Assembly: GCA_013239625.1 (NCBI GenBank)
Contig: MU053574.1
Location: forward strand, 557,844 to 621,843
Length of the DNA: 64,000 nt
Direction: 5' to 3'
Source of the DNA: Lama guanicoe
Lineage: Eukaryota
This document shows, in pieces, positions 61,539 to 64,000 of the stretch. Within the stretch, counting starts at the first letter, position 1; each line of letters starts with the position of its first letter. The translations under genes and the position numbers were made by a program. The notes below the pieces were generated by a model. The model saw nothing but the letters and a program-made list of their open reading frames with translations, ran no database searches and was not told the DNA's origin.

Positions 61539-64000
61539 CCCCTAAACATTTCATGCTGTGGATTAAGCTGTATGCACTCTGAGCAAAACAGCAAATGTGA
61601 ACAGTTTTAATAACGCATGCCATTTTGCTTTGTGTTTTTCACTTGTCTCTATGTGCGTTCTCAGACTGTGTAAGGGATTAGCTAAGTGTTAGAGGGAAGT
61701 TGTGTTCCCTCAGGCTGGTTTCAGTTCCTGTACGCCTGTCACGGTGTGCGTCTCTCCTCTTCCTGAGTCCGATGCTAGTGTTTAAAGATAGGTCTTTTTC
61801 GTACAAGATGCCCTTTCAAAGCCAGTTACTGCTTCATCTGGTGTTCAGCTGGAAAAAACCAGCAATCTCTTCCATTCCTTCCAGAAACACTGACTGTTAG
61901 ACGTACTAGAAGATGCTGTGTGGGTCCAGGCACAACTCACGCCTGATAGAATTTGAAAGATAACTTTAACTTTGGGCTGTTCCATGAATTAGGAAAGGAA
62001 AACTACTCTAGCTATTTCAAATGGAGAATTTAATATAGGGATTTAGGTTGCAGAACAGTTGACAGAATGAAGGAGCAGTGGGGGGAAGGTTGAATTACCC
62101 AGTGACGGGGAACCGAGGTGGGGGGCTGCTGCAGCCCCATATGGCCCGGGGAACACACAGCTATGTCTCCTCGGAGTGCAACAGCTTCTGCCTCCCTCCG
62201 ACCTTCTGGCCTCTCACGAGTGCCTCCCGCGAATGCCTCCCACGGGCAGCCCCTTAGCAGAACCCTGCTGGCAAAGGAAATAAGGTTTCCAGGCTCTTAG
62301 CCGCATGTGCACAGGGTCTGAGAGCATAGGAAGGAAGGTGTGGGTGAAGCCTCCCGCACAGTGATGATGTCAGCATCTGTGCCGGGGTGCCACGCCCGTC
62401 TCCTGCATGTTCTCTCTGCCATCATCAATGTAACACCATGATGTGTGGTGTTGATTAATTCATCCACAAAGCTAGACATTTCCCCAAACCTGCCATAATT
62501 GGAGAGGGAAGGACACAGAGAAACAAGTTTAGGGGGGGCCTTGGCTGCCAGCATATCCCAGCACCCATCACAGTGTTATGCAAATAACAGACATTCAAAA
62601 AATAGTTAGCAAGTGAGTATTTTCTTTTTAACAAGCCTTTAGTCCCCTCCTGTCTGTCAAACAGCAATCTCCGTGCTGATGGGAATACAGATTTTATGTT
62701 CCTTTTGGAGGACAATCTGGGAAAATACACCAAAGCCTTAAGAATGTACATATTCTGTGATCAAGCAATTTAACCCCTAGGACCTAAAGAAATAATAGAA
62801 CCAGGGTATAAGAATGGCACATTTATAGTATGAAACATAGAATAAATATGAATGTTCTTTAATAGGAAATCTGCTATATTATGGTATATTTTTAGAATGG
62901 AATATTATGCAGTAATTAAAAATGAGAAGACAGATTTGGTTAACATAAAAAGAGGTAAACAATATTATCAACTAAAATACGTATTTCCTGCAGAAGAGTA
63001 CATATATTTTCTTAAGTTTGTAATAGTAAAAAAAAAAGTTAAGGAAATTGTGTAAATACAAATACATTAAAAAGTTATGGGAGAAATTAAACCCAAAGTG
63101 TGGACGGTGGTTCTCTCTGGGCAGTGGGATTGTTAGTTTATAGGGTAGAATTCTCGATACGGATCACCAGGAGATCAGGCCAGACAGACCGAAGGAGTCT
63201 GGGACCTCTCAAGACCAAAAGTCCAGAGGGTGAGGCTGGATCCAGCTACTTGGAGCCCTCAAATGTGCCTTCTTGCTGATTCTCAGCTCTCCCTTCTCCA
63301 GAGTCCACTTCATCTTCCACCCCAAGGGATGCCTTCACAGAGCCACATGGATAGCATCCTGGGCCCATTCAGGAAAGAAAAAAGGTCTTTTCCAATAGCT
63401 CTTGCTTAAATCCTAGGTTTTGCTCCCAGTGCCCAGATTAGAGCTTGTACCCAACTCTGAGCCATCACTGTAGCTAGGAGAATGGGATTGTCTCCAACCA
63501 GTCTGGGCTCATCTCTGGAGCTGGGATTCAGCTCCATGTGCCTTCAGTGGCTGAAAGGGTAAACACCCCAGTGGAAACGGAGTCCCATTAGAGGTGAGTG
63601 GGCTCGGAGGAAGCAGCCCACACGTGTGTGTGACTGTAGGTAAATTACTCTGCGGTGCATTTTACCCGATACACTTGGGCACTTCATAGAAATTAATTTT
63701 TGAATTTTTTTCTCGCCCCTATCTCCATGCCCCTCCCCTAAAAAAAATCTTACCTTTGCCAACACCCTTTTTACATACACAAATCCAGGAATTTGGAAGA
63801 AAAAGAAGGGGAGGGTAGACCATCTGTCAAACACAGATCCAGGAGAAGACAAGGTCATAAGGGAAGCCGTGAGTTTGGATGGGTGTGTAGACTCTGGTAC
63901 TGACAGGGCCCACTGAGAAGACCCCAGACTACAGCGTGGAGGGAACAGACAGGAGAGGAAGAACGCCCCGCCGGAGAGATGGGCTTGTGGGTGAGCTCTG

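Noticed and set aside
61960..63560. Possible further gene (SETX is next in human) or ncRNA after TTF1
   Set aside because: Only degraded LTR-like and old L1-like sequence is visible; no CpG island, exon or recognisable RNA motif

Overview
Mammalian genomic DNA, most likely camelid (many tRNA-derived vic-1-type SINEs plus cetartiodactyl L1 3' ends), orthologous to the human 9q34.13 CFAP77/TTF1 locus. The + strand carries a complete TTF1 gene (RNA polymerase I transcription termination factor 1): a non-coding exon 1 near 38.65 kb and ten coding exons from 43128 to 61124. All junctions are GT-AG and phase-consistent, giving 2286 nt and 761 aa. Head-to-head on the - strand is the first coding exon of CFAP77 (35982-35791), with an RFX X-box in its promoter. 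Positions 1-35790 are CFAP77 intron: old and lineage-specific repeats interleaved with repeat-free, homeodomain-motif-rich blocks that are probably long-range enhancers of the neighbouring BARHL1 (inference from human synteny). I found no convincing new biological system. The best leads are an unidentified ~250 bp poly(A)-tailed, TSD-flanked insertion inside an MLT1 LTR, the enhancer-like blocks, several atypical retro-insertions, and TTF1 splicing/polyadenylation features. Repeat family names and human comparisons come from recall of consensus sequences, not from a search, and repeat boundaries are approximate.
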